Counted from the first letter of the stretch, positions 31,530 through 41,069 are shown. The stretch: 64,000 nt of DNA from an uncultured Chloroflexia bacterium (GCA_963712745.1 CAVQJC010000017.1:288001-352000); one strand, 5' to 3'. Numbers and translations are program-made. Notes: a model not told the origin generated them from the sequence alone.

Positions 31530-32024
31530 TCAGAAAGCGGCGATGCCGGCGTGGTCCATGGCCTTGGCCAGTCTGGCGGCCTCAGCTTCGGACTCGCCGT
31601 GCTCGATGATGCCGAGGTACAGCTCCTCTTCGGCGAGGTGTGTCTTCAGGATCGCGTACAGGCGGAAGACGATGCGGCGCAGGGATACGCAGTCACCGGT
31701 GTGGTGGCAGCCATCAGCCATCTTGGGGCGCATGTCCGAGAGGGCGGCCACGAGCTTGCGGATCTCGTCATGCTCGCGCCGCATGGTGGCCATCGAATGG
31801 CGGTTCTGCAGCATCCGCTCCAGCTCTGGGTAGAGGGCTCGCTCGGATGCCTCCATGTGCGGGATCAGCAGTCCCTCGAGGAAGTCGGCGAGCTCCTCGA
31901 CGCGGGGCCGGAGCTCGGCCACCGGAGCTTTGCCGATCATGTCCCCGATCTCGGGCATGGCGTCGATGTGCGCGATGAGCCGATCATGGTGCTCATGTGA
32001 GACTTGGTTGAGCGTCGTGGTCAT
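31530..32024 (-). CDS. Hemerythrin-like (HHE) domain protein
   Basis: 'HEHH', 'PHMEASE', 'REHD', 'THLAEEE'; 'GCHHTGDC'; AGGAGG RBS; co-oriented directly downstream of qmoC-like. Confidence 0.88.
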   Translation of the reverse strand: MTTTLNQVSHEHHDRLIAHIDAMPEIGDMIGKAPVAELRPRVEELADFLEGLLIPHMEASERALYPELERMLQNRHSMATMRREHDEIRKLVAALSDMRPKMADGCHHTGDCVSLRRIVFRLYAILKTHLAEEELYLGIIEHGESEAEAARLAKAMDHAGIAAF

Positions 32025-32075
32025 GTCAGACCTCCTTGCGTAGCTTGGGACCGAAAGGTTGGATGTCTCGACCAC

Positions 32076-33269
32076 TCACACCTCCGCTTCGCTGGCGTTC
32101 GATCGCTCGCGACCAAGAGCTTGGAAGAACAGGGCCAGTGGTCGATAGAACGCATGGGCCAGCTTCATGAATGGGGCCAGCAAGACCAGCTCCATGGCTA
32201 CCGCGACGTGGAACAGGAACACCCAGTAGCCCCAGGCCGGTGCGCTGGGCAGGTACAGAGCCAGTTCCAGGGCGAAACCGGTCACGCCGGTGATCCAGAC
32301 CAGGGCCAGCAGCGTCCAGTCGGCTGCCGTGGAATGCTGGACCGACGGCTCAGCGGCACGGAAGCGTCGCACGATCAGCATCGTCGAGCCGTACACGAGC
32401 ATCAGGCCTGCGACCGTTCCAAGCAGTCGGACGGGATACCAGATGGGCACCGGCGTGCCTGTTTCCTTGATGCCGGCCAGCGCCAGCCCGTAGTCGAGGA
32501 CGGTCGCGGCCAGCAAGCCCAGGAAACCCCACATCGTGGCGCCGTGGAGGAACCAGCGCTGCAGGTACCAGGGTTTGCCGCCCTCGGCCTCGTCCTCATC
32601 ATCACAGTCGCGGCGGTAGCGGCGCTGGCCCAGCGATTCGATGGCCAGCGCCGCCCACATCGCTCGGGCCGCAGCGACCACCGCCGACCGGCCAGCCACG
32701 ATCGAGCGCAGGGTCACGCCTTCGATCCGGCCCAGGGCCCGGGCCATCATGGCGAAGCCGGCGATGCCCGCCGCGAAGACCACGACCATGACCGCGATCC
32801 CCAGATCGTGGATGAGCGCCTCGGGAATGAAGCCGAAGATGTCGAGCGACTCGCTGGACTGCTCGCCTTGTGCGGTGAGCATGAAGAGTGCGAAGAGGGC
32901 AGCCAGGGCGACGGCGATGACGGTCCCGACGATCGGTCGCGTGTACAGCGTGCGAGCCAGGCCGGTGCGGTCGTAGTGGCCGATGGCATAGCGCCGGGCG
33001 GCGGCCATGAACTCACTCGGTTCAGCCTGCGTGGGGCAGGTTTCGGAGCACTCGCCGCAGGCGTAGCAGGTCCACAGCTCCTTGCTGCCGAGGAGCTGGT
33101 CTCGCATACCGACCTGAGCGTAGCGGATGATGCGGCGCGGGAAGTTGGCATCGTCGCTGACGAGAGGGCAGGAAGCGGTACAGGTGCCGCAGCTGAAACA
33201 GGCCGAGACATCGGCGGCGCCGTAACGCTGGACGTCGGTGAGCAGCTCGGTATCGACGAGGGTCGCCAT
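32076..33269 (-). CDS. QmoC-like protein: HdrC-type 2x[4Fe-4S] domain plus a cytochrome b-type (NarI/HdrE-like) membrane domain
   Basis: CFSCGTCTASCP, CYACGECSETCP; TM helices with His ('FLHG', 'LFHV', 'PFMKLAH'). Confidence 0.85.
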   Translation of the reverse strand: MATLVDTELLTDVQRYGAADVSACFSCGTCTASCPLVSDDANFPRRIIRYAQVGMRDQLLGSKELWTCYACGECSETCPTQAEPSEFMAAARRYAIGHYDRTGLARTLYTRPIVGTVIAVALAALFALFMLTAQGEQSSESLDIFGFIPEALIHDLGIAVMVVVFAAGIAGFAMMARALGRIEGVTLRSIVAGRSAVVAAARAMWAALAIESLGQRRYRRDCDDEDEAEGGKPWYLQRWFLHGATMWGFLGLLAATVLDYGLALAGIKETGTPVPIWYPVRLLGTVAGLMLVYGSTMLIVRRFRAAEPSVQHSTAADWTLLALVWITGVTGFALELALYLPSAPAWGYWVFLFHVAVAMELVLLAPFMKLAHAFYRPLALFFQALGRERSNASEAEV

Positions 33270-33514
33270 CAGCTCCCTCCCTCGATCGCTGCATAGCGGA
33301 AGTACCCGTCGCCATCGACAGCACCGACCTCGTGGACCCGCCCGTAGCGGCGCATGCCCATGATCCAGAAGAGGACCTCGTGGCTGGGGCATCCCATGGC
33401 CGCGGCAAGCTCGGGCACCGTGAGCGGTCCACTTCCCAGCAGCTCGAGGATCTGGGCTCGCATGATGGGCTCCTCCCGGATGACCTCGCGGACCTCGCGC
33501 TTCGTGACGTTCAT
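33269..33514 (-). CDS. Small winged-helix protein embedded in the hdr/qmo operon
   Basis: 'ILELLGSGPLTVPELAAAMG...MRRYG'; translationally coupled on both sides. Confidence 0.75.
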   Translation of the reverse strand: MNVTKREVREVIREEPIMRAQILELLGSGPLTVPELAAAMGCPSHEVLFWIMGMRRYGRVHEVGAVDGDGYFRYAAIEGGS

Positions 33515-35253
33515 GCGACCGGGACCTCCAGGAGCTTGTCGATCATGGCGGTGACCTGGGCGTCGGTGTAGCCGAGCAGGTCGATGGCGTTCTCAGGACA
33601 GACCGGCACGCAGCCGCCGCAGCCCTTGCAGCCGCTCTCACTGATGACGGCCACGTTGCGTCCGTCCGTCACCTGCATGGTGATGGCGGCATAGGGGCAG
33701 GCATCGAGGCACACGCCGCAGTCGGTACAGGCCTCGGCAGCCACGACCGCGACCAGCGGGTCGAGCTCGGCGAAGCCCTTCTTGAGGATGGCCGCGCTCT
33801 GTGTCACCGCGGCCAGCCCTGAGGCCACGCTTTCGCTCGAGTTCCGTGGCGCCTGGCAGGCACCGGCGATGAAGACGCCATCGACCACGGTCTCGACCGG
33901 GCGCAACTTGGGGTGGATCTCGTTGAAGAAGCCATCCTTGTCGGTGGGCAGCTTGAGCACGCTGATGAGCTCGTCGTTCTGGCGCGGGACCATGGCCGTG
34001 ACCAGGACCACGAGGTCGACCGGAATGTCCAGCTCGGCCCCAGCGGTGAGCTGGTCATGGACGTTGACGAGCAGGCCGCCGTCATCGCGGCGCGCCACGG
34101 TGGGCGGAGCGTCATCGGCGAACTTGAGGTAGACCGAGCCGCGCTTGCGGGACTCGGTGTACATCGTTTCGTACTTGCCGTACGTGCGCATGTCCCGGTA
34201 GAGGTGGTACTGGCGGATCCGGCTGTCGCGCGAGGACAGCTCGATCGAGGCCGCCACCGTGGCCGCGCAGCAGAAGCGGGAACAGTATTCCCGCGCCCCG
34301 GGCTGGCCGGCTGGCTGACGGCTGCCGACACAGTAGACATAGGCCACGCTGCGCACCGGACGACCGGCGTGCATCACGGCACCGTCGGCTCCGTCGATGA
34401 GCTTCTTGAACTCCGGCAGGGTCATGACACCGTCGATGCCGTAGCCGTACTCCCCGATCTCGGGCGTATAGGTGTCGACACCGGTGGTGACCACGATCGA
34501 GCCGACCTCCACGGTGAGCTGATCGGGGTCGGCACCGCCGATGCGGATACCGACCTGGTAGTTGCCGAAGGTGCCGGCCTTGCTGACCATCTCGGCCTCG
34601 GTGAAGACACGGATGGCGGGGCGTTGCCGGACGGCCTCGATGAGCTCAGCCACCAGGTGGTGTCCATCCTTGCCGTTGGGGTACATGGCCCCGAAGCTCC
34701 CGACCCAGCCGCCCAGCTCGGGCTGACGTTCGACGAGGAACACCCCGAGGCCGATGTCGGCCAGGCCGATGGCCGCGCGCAGTCCGGCCACGCCACCGCC
34801 GATGACCAGCGTGCGCGGCGTGGTCTCGACGACCACGGGCTCCAGGGGCTCGGTCAGGAGCGTTCGGGCGATCCCGGCCCGAACGAGGTGGATGGCCTTG
34901 TCGGTCGTGCCCTGGGCATCGTCGGAGTGGATCCACGAGGCCTGCTCGCGGACGTTCACCTGGGTGTACTCGTAGGGGTTCAGGCCGGCTCGCTTGGCGA
35001 CACCGCGGAAGGTGGTGACATGGAGCTTGGGCGAGCACGAGGCCACGACCAGCCCGTCGAGTCTCTGCTCATCGATATCGCGTTCCATGTCCTGTTGGCC
35101 CGCGTCGGAACAGGCGAACGTCATCTGGCGCGCCACGACCACGCCCGGTTCGGCTTGAGCGGCCGCCACCACCTGGTCGACGTCGACGTAGTCGGAGATG
35201 TTGCCGCCGCAGTGGCAGACGTAGACGCCGATGCGTCGTTGCTCGTCGGTCAT
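33511..35253 (-). CDS. hdrA: Heterodisulfide reductase subunit A-like (QmoB-like) flavo-FeS protein
   Basis: 'VYVCHCGGNI', 'ASCSP', 'NVREQ', GGGVAG, 'CVGSR...YCSRFCC', 'HPKLRPV', C-terminal 2x[4Fe-4S]. Confidence 0.92.
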   Translation of the reverse strand: MTDEQRRIGVYVCHCGGNISDYVDVDQVVAAAQAEPGVVVARQMTFACSDAGQQDMERDIDEQRLDGLVVASCSPKLHVTTFRGVAKRAGLNPYEYTQVNVREQASWIHSDDAQGTTDKAIHLVRAGIARTLLTEPLEPVVVETTPRTLVIGGGVAGLRAAIGLADIGLGVFLVERQPELGGWVGSFGAMYPNGKDGHHLVAELIEAVRQRPAIRVFTEAEMVSKAGTFGNYQVGIRIGGADPDQLTVEVGSIVVTTGVDTYTPEIGEYGYGIDGVMTLPEFKKLIDGADGAVMHAGRPVRSVAYVYCVGSRQPAGQPGAREYCSRFCCAATVAASIELSSRDSRIRQYHLYRDMRTYGKYETMYTESRKRGSVYLKFADDAPPTVARRDDGGLLVNVHDQLTAGAELDIPVDLVVLVTAMVPRQNDELISVLKLPTDKDGFFNEIHPKLRPVETVVDGVFIAGACQAPRNSSESVASGLAAVTQSAAILKKGFAELDPLVAVVAAEACTDCGVCLDACPYAAITMQVTDGRNVAVISESGCKGCGGCVPVCPENAIDLLGYTDAQVTAMIDKLLEVPVA

Positions 35254-37960
35254 GACGCCACCTCCTCTCGCTCCAGGAAGGCCGCGACTTGGGCCACCGT
35301 CGACCCGGCGTGGAGGATCGAGTCGGCGATGTCCTTGACACCGGATGCGGCGCCGGCCACATAGACGCCGGGGATGTTGGTCTGGCCGGGGTCGGTGTCC
35401 TCGTTGGGCTCCGCTACATAGCGGTACTCGTCGAGCGAGAGGCTGCCCTCGGGGAACAGCGCCGAGGCATCACTGTTGGGCTGGACGCCGACCGCGAGCA
35501 CGACCAGGTCGTACTCGGCCTCGACCAGCGCGCCGCCGTTCTCGATGTCCTCGTAGCGGAGCACGAGGTCACCGTTGTCCGTCTCGGTGATCTTGGCCAC
35601 GCGACCCTTGACGTAGTTCGCACCCATGGCCTTGGCCTGCTCGTAGAACTCGTCGTAGCGCTTGCCGGCCGCGCGCATGTCCATGTAGTGGACCGTCACG
35701 TCGGCGATGGGCAGGGCGCCCATGATCAGCTGGTTCTGCTTGATGGAGTACATGCAGCAGAAGCGCGAGCACAGCGGGTTGCCCACGGTCTCGTCACGTG
35801 AGCCCGTGCACATCACGTAGGCGATGCGCTCGGGCACCTTGCCGTCTCCGGGTCGGAGGATGGTGTTGAACGGCCGCGTCGGTGCGAGCAGCCGGTCCAT
35901 CTGCATGCCGGTGATGACGTTCTTGAAGGTGCCGTAGCCGTACTCCGGCTTGAGGTCCGCGGCGAAGAGCTTGAAGCCGGTGGCCACCACGACGGCTCCG
36001 ACCTCGACCGTGCTGGTCTGGTCCTGGGCGCGCAGGTCGATGCAGTCCTCGACCGGGCAGGCCGCGACACACTCGCCGCACTCCGAGCAGACGCCGCAGT
36101 CGAGACAGAGACCGGCGCCGTAGCGTGCCTCGGCCTCGGACATGGGCAGCTCCACCTCGCTGAAGTCGGCGGGGGCGGGGCTGATGACCTCGCTGGCGGC
36201 CGCTGGCCGTGCCTCTCGGTAGGCCTGCTGACGCGCCAGCACCTCGCCCTTGTCGACCGCGGGCAGACGCAGGTCGAAGCCTTCCAGCGTCCGATCCTGG
36301 ACCCAGCGGTCGATCATGAAGGCGGCTCGCTGGCCCTGGCCGGTGGCGCGGGTGATGTCCGAGGCCCCCGAGACGACGTCGCCGGCGGCGAAGAGCCACG
36401 GCACTGCGGTCTGCAGCGTGCGCTCGTCCGCCTCGATCGCCCCACTTGCGCTGGTCTCGACCCGTTCGGCGAAAGCGGCCGTGTCGGGCGACATGCCGAT
36501 GGCGGTGATGACGACGTCGCAGTCGAGGTCGAAGTCGCTGCCCGGCAGCGGCTGCGGGCGCCGCCGGCCCGAGGCGTCCGGCTGCCCGGGTGCCATCTTC
36601 GTACAGCGCAGCGCACGCACCGCGCCCGGCGCCATCGGAGAGCACCTCCAGTGGTGCCGCGTGGAAGACGAAGCCGACCCCTTCTTTCTCGGTATCGTCG
36701 GCCTCGACGTGGTGTGCGGGCATCTCGTCGCGGCTGCGTCGGTAGACCACCCTGACCTCGCTGGCGCCCAGTCGCCGGGCGGTGCGGGCAGTGTCCATGG
36801 CCACGTTGCCACCGCCGATGACGAGGACCCGGCGACCGCCGAGGTCGACGTCCCCACCGAGCTTCACCGAGCGCAGGAACCCCGTCCCGCTGAGGACGCC
36901 CTCGAGCTCATCGCCGGGCACGCCGAGACGCGTCGAGAGCGGTGTGCCGGTCGCGACCAGGACGACCTCGTAGCCGTCGTCGTGGAGCGCCGAGAGGTCC
37001 TCGACCGCGGCGTCCACCTCGATCTCGACGCCCAGGGCGGTGACGTTGGCGATGTCGCGCTCGACGACGGCGGTGGGCAGCCGGTACTCGGGGATGGCCA
37101 GGCGCAGGAAGCCGCCCGCCTCGGGCGCGGCTTCGAAGATCTTCACGGCGTAGCCCTTGCGCGCCAGCTGCCAGGCGGCCGTCAGGCCGGCCGGTCCCGA
37201 GCCGACGATCGCGACGCGATGTCCATTCGGTTCGGCCACGCTGATGCCGGGTCCGTCGTCGTGGGCGTAGTGCTCGTCGGCGACGAAGCGCTTGAGACGC
37301 CGGATGGGGATGGGGCCCTCGAGTTCGGCCCGCGAGCAGTCGACTTCGCAGGGCGCGTAGCAGGCACGTCCGAGCGTGCCGACCAGCGGTGTGGCCTCGA
37401 GCACGAGTTGGAAGGCCTTCTCGTACTCGCCGCTCCGGACGAGCGAGACGTAGCCGTGAGCCTGGATGCCGGCAGGGCAGGTGAAGGAACAGGGGGACGA
37501 GCCGGCCCGCTCGATGACCGCCTTCTTGGGCACGGCCTGCGGGAAGGCGATGTAGGCGGCGTGGCGCGCCACCAGTGTCGGCGTTGAACTGATCGGGCAC
37601 CGAGACCGTGCAGGCCGTCTCGCACTTCTGGCAGCCGGTGCAGGCGGCTTCGTCGACGAACCGTGCCTTCTGCTTGATGGTGGCACCGAAGTGACCGTCG
37701 GCCAGACGTTCGATGCCGTCGACCTCGGTGTAGGTCATGGTCGTGACGTTGGGGTGGTGGATCGAGGCCGCCATCTTCGGCGTGGAGATGCAGCTGGCGC
37801 AGTCAAGGGTCGGGAAGACCTTGCTCAGCAGGATCATCTTGCCGCCCACGCTGGCTTCCTTCTCCACCAGCAGCACGCGGTAGCCCATGTCTCCCAGCTT
37901 GAGCGCGGATTCCATCCCGCCGATGCCGGCGCCGACGACGAGGACGTCGTAGTCGGTCAC
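35250..37960 (-). CDS. hdrA: Large HdrA (QmoA/HdrL-like) with inserted ferredoxin and GltD-like NAD(P)H-binding module; +1 frameshifts near 37576 and 36623
   Basis: 'VVGAGIGG...KVFPTLDCASCI', CTGCQKC, 'PCSFTCPAG...LGRACYAPCE', GSGPAG, 'GGGNVAMD...YRRS', 'CTGSRD...CSRFCC', spread across three ORFs. Confidence 0.85.
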
Positions 37961-38406
37961 GACACCACCTCCCGCGGAGTCCATCGCGGCCAGCGCCTGG
38001 CTGAACTGCTGGACATGCCTGGTGAAGGGTTCGGCGCAGACCGAGCAGATGGCGGCCATCCGCAGCCGGGAGGGACTCGTGGCCGCCCGCTGTCAGCATC
38101 TCCTGGGCGCGCGCCACGATCCGCGAGGCGCGCTTGGAACAATCGGGCAGGTAGGCGCACTCGTCGCCATCCGAGGCGATGAAGACGCCATCGAAGCCTT
38201 CTTCGATGGCGTGGCTGATCCAGCTTGGGCGGATGCCGCTGGTGCAGGGCAGGCTGATGACCATGACGCCCGGGGAGTAGGACATGTGTGAGCTCCCGGC
38301 CAGGTCGATGCCCGGGTCGGAGATGTTGTTGGTCGAGAACACGAGGATGCGCGGGACGCCCGTGTCGGTCAGCCTCTCTGGGCTTCTCCGGTGCGAGGGT
38401 GCTCAT
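37957..38406 (-). CDS. mvhD: MvhD/FlpD-like iron-sulfur subunit (atypical); +1 frameshifts near 38380, 38073 and possibly 37975
   Basis: 'RILVFSTNNISDPGIDLAG', 'LPCTSG', 'GFDGVFI..DGDECAY', 'RLRMAAICSVCAEPF'. Confidence 0.75.
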   Translation of the reverse strand: MSTLAPEKPREADRHGRPAHPRVLDQQHLRPGHRPGRELTHVLLPGRHGHQPALHQRHPPKLDQPRHRRRLRWRLHRLGWRRVRLPARLFQARLADRGARPGDADSGRPRVPPGCGWPPSARSAPNPSPGMSSSSARRWPRWTPREVVS

Positions 38407-38449
38407 CGTGGCCTGCCTTTCCTGCCGGTGAGCGACGTGTGGCGGGGCG

Positions 38450-38725
38450 CTACTTCTGGCGCACCACGAAGGTCCGCTCGTAGCCCTCAGCCGGAAGCGT
38501 GCCCAGGTAGGTGTGGCCCATCTTGGCCGACCAGGCACTGACATCGGTCTTGGTGGCCGGGTCGGTCGACCAGAGCTCGATGGTCTCGCCGACCGCGATG
38601 GAGGGCATGGTCTTCTTGGCCTCGAGAAGAGGGCCCGGGCAGGCGCTGCCGCGGGCATCGACGACCTTGGCGGCCGTGATCTCGCCGAGCTCGCTATCGC
38701 TGAGTGGGGTCGTGCTGGTGGTCAT
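38450..38725 (-). CDS. tusA: TusA/SirA-family sulfur carrier
   Basis: 'VDARGSACPGPLL' CPxP motif. Confidence 0.92.
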   Translation of the reverse strand: MTTSTTPLSDSELGEITAAKVVDARGSACPGPLLEAKKTMPSIAVGETIELWSTDPATKTDVSAWSAKMGHTYLGTLPAEGYERTFVVRQK

Positions 38726-38882
38726 GGGAGCCGTCTCCTGTTGCTTGATCCGGAACGCTTGGCCCGGGCGGATGCCCGGCACGCTGTGGCCGGTGGTGGG
38801 CCTGGTCGGTGTACTCGTGATCGATGGGCCGTACGCGAACTCCTCAGTTGATGTGCAACACGTCGATGGATGTCGATCGGAC

Positions 38883-39290
38883 CTAGATGAACAGGATCTG
38901 GCCGTCGTCGGCAGCGGCCAGGAAGGCCGCGATGCCACCTGCCTCATCGACGAGCGGGTCGAGCGCTGCGGCGTCAAGTCCCAGGGTTGCCAGGGACCCG
39001 GCGCAGGCGCGGATGGAGACCTCACCCAGTTCCTTGGCCTGGCGGAACGTCTCGAGCCAGGGGATCTCGCCGACGTGCTCGACCGGCTCGTTCCAGCGTG
39101 GCCGGGATGCGTCATAGGCCAGGCCGTGTTCGTTGCCGATGCGGTCGGCCCGGAACGCGTCGAGGGCCCAGTACATCAGCAGGATGTTCACTGACATGCC
39201 CATGGCGGCAGCGCCGGCGGCGATGGTGGCTGCGGCGTGGAGCTTGTCGTCCGTGCCGGAGAAGAGGACGACCGAAAGCTTGTCGCTCAT
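38883..39290 (-). CDS. DsrE/DsrF/DrsE-like sulfurtransferase
   Basis: 'VLFSGTDDK', 'AAAMG', 'WAL', 'IRACAGS', 'GIAAF', ends 'LFI'. Confidence 0.85.
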   Translation of the reverse strand: MSDKLSVVLFSGTDDKLHAAATIAAGAAAMGMSVNILLMYWALDAFRADRIGNEHGLAYDASRPRWNEPVEHVGEIPWLETFRQAKELGEVSIRACAGSLATLGLDAAALDPLVDEAGGIAAFLAAADDGQILFI

Positions 39291-39661
39291 GAGTGTTCTC
39301 GCTTGCTGCTGGTGACGACTTCTGGCCGCGACGCGCTGGCGGCAGCAGCGAGGTCTCCCATGCGCGACAGCCGTCGCACCAGCACCTCCCGCATCAGCCC
39401 ACAAGCCGCGAGGATCTGGGGGTCGGCCACCATGTAGCGGTGGTTACGGCCGTCGCGGACCGATTCGACGAGGCCGGCGCGCCGCATGGCCCCGAGGTGT
39501 TGCGAAGTAGCCGCCTGGCCTAGACCGAGCTCGTCGGCGAGCTCGTTGACCTCGTGAGGGCGCTCGCCCAGCAGGTGAAGGATGCGAAGTCGATGCCTGC
39601 TCGCGAGCGACCGCAGCAACGACGCCTGCAGGTCCTCGATGTCGGCCATCGGGCTTGTCAC
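39287..39661 (-). CDS. ArsR/SmtB-family transcriptional regulator
   Basis: 'LASRHRLRILHLL', 'SQHLGAMRRAGLV', 'AACGLMR'; GTG after AAGGAGG. Confidence 0.92.
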   Translation of the reverse strand: MTSPMADIEDLQASLLRSLASRHRLRILHLLGERPHEVNELADELGLGQAATSQHLGAMRRAGLVESVRDGRNHRYMVADPQILAACGLMREVLVRRLSRMGDLAAAASASRPEVVTSSKREHS

Positions 39662-39738
39662 CGTCGTGCCTCCTTCTCGTTGATCGCGCCCTGCGTCATG
39701 GAGGTGGCCTGTCGTCCTGACGCTATTCGTCTGAGGCG

Positions 39739-39761
39739 AATATATGTTTAGACCATATATT
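39739..39761. promoter_or_regulatory. Perfect palindromic operator AATATATG-N7-CATATATT between arsR and pntAA
   Basis: 8-bp perfect inverted repeat, AT-rich in ~70% GC DNA. Confidence 0.75.
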
Positions 39762-39920
39762 AGCCATGAGCCGTTGGTCACCATCGGTGGAGCCATGCGG
39801 CTCCGTTGTCGGGCTGCCCGGGCCGAAGCTCGGCAATTCGCATTACACTTGCGCCCACCGGCGCCCGGCATTCCCGCCGTCGCGCGCCAGCTCATCATTT
39901 CTGACGATCGGGGTTCCTGG

Positions 39921-41069
39921 ATGAGGATTGCCACCGTTAAGGAGACCGCGCCTAATGAACGGCGGGTCGCCCTCGTGCCTGAGGCCATCGGCAAACTGAC
40001 TGCCGCTGGGCACGAGGTTCTGGTACAGGCCGGCGCCGGAGAGGGCGCGTCGATCCCGGACACGGACTTCTCCGCGGCCGGGGCCAAGGTCGTGGCAGAG
40101 GACGCGCTCTACGCGCAGGCCGACGTGGTCCTGCGCGTGCAGAAGCCCACGCCCGAGGAGATCGGCAAGCTGCGTAAGGGGCAGGTCGTCCTGGGCCTGC
40201 TGCAGCCGCTCATCGACCCGCAGAACTCGCAGGCGCTGGCCAACGCCGGCGTCACCGCCATCAGCCTCGATACCTTGCCGCGGACGCTCTCACGCGCGCA
40301 GACGATGGATGCGCTGTCGTCCCAGGCCAACGTCGGCGGCTACAAGGCCGTGATCATGGCCGCGGATGCCTACGGTCGCTACTTCCCGCTGCTGACCACG
40401 GCTGCCGGCACGGCCAAGCCGGCCAACGTGCTCATCCTGGGCATCGGTGTGGCCGGTCTGCAGGCCATCGCCACGGCCAAGCGCCTGGGCGCGGTGGTGA
40501 AGGCATACGACGTGCGCTCGGAGACGAGGGAGCAGGCCCGATCGCTCGGCGCCCAGTTCCTCACCCTCGAGTCGGTGGCCGACGCCACGGGCGAGGGCGG
40601 CTACGCCCGTGAGCTGACCGAAGACGAGAAGGCCGCGCAGCAGGCCGAGCTCAACCAGCACATCAGTTCGATGGACGTGGTCATCACCACGGCCCAGGTC
40701 CCCGGCCGCCGACCGCCGTTGCTGGTCACCGCCGAGGCGGTTCGTAATATGAAGGCGGGTTCGGTCATCGTGGACATGGCCGCCAGCGCGCTCGGCGGCA
40801 ACGTCGAGCTCTCCGTTCCGGACGACACCATCGTGACCGACAACGGCGTGACCATCATCGCGCCGACCAACCTGCCAGCCACCATGCCCGGCGGCGCGAG
40901 CGGCTTCTACGCCCGCAACATCAGCGCCCTGCTGACGCACTTCATCAAGGATGGGGAGATGACGTTCGACTTCGAGGACGAGATCACCGAAGGCACGGTC
41001 ATCACGCACGACGGCAAGGTCGTGCATGAGACCACGGCCAAGTTGCTTTCCGAAGGCGGTGCCGCATGA
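39921..41069 (+). CDS. pntAA: NAD(P) transhydrogenase subunit alpha part 1
   Basis: 'KETAPNERRVALVP', 'RAQTMDALSSQAN', 'TAAGT', 'GEGGYA'. Confidence 0.96.
   Translation: MRIATVKETAPNERRVALVPEAIGKLTAAGHEVLVQAGAGEGASIPDTDFSAAGAKVVAEDALYAQADVVLRVQKPTPEEIGKLRKGQVVLGLLQPLIDPQNSQALANAGVTAISLDTLPRTLSRAQTMDALSSQANVGGYKAVIMAADAYGRYFPLLTTAAGTAKPANVLILGIGVAGLQAIATAKRLGAVVKAYDVRSETREQARSLGAQFLTLESVADATGEGGYARELTEDEKAAQQAELNQHISSMDVVITTAQVPGRRPPLLVTAEAVRNMKAGSVIVDMAASALGGNVELSVPDDTIVTDNGVTIIAPTNLPATMPGGASGFYARNISALLTHFIKDGEMTFDFEDEITEGTVITHDGKVVHETTAKLLSEGGAA

Noticed and set aside
36908-38059. Genuine MvhD-HdrA fusion
   Set aside because: A GGGAGGT RBS and GTGA overlap precede GTG 37960, and one-base removal gives MvhD its own stop (...REVVS*); probably an indel artefact, though not excluded
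35250-38406. Selenocysteine or programmed frameshift recoding in hdrA/mvhD
   Set aside because: The breaks are frame changes, not in-frame TGA codons, and no consistent slippery sequence is present
32076-39290. Canonical sHdr sulfur-oxidation or methanogen HdrABC system
   Set aside because: No CCG-domain HdrB and no lipoate-binding protein; the membrane arm is QmoC-like
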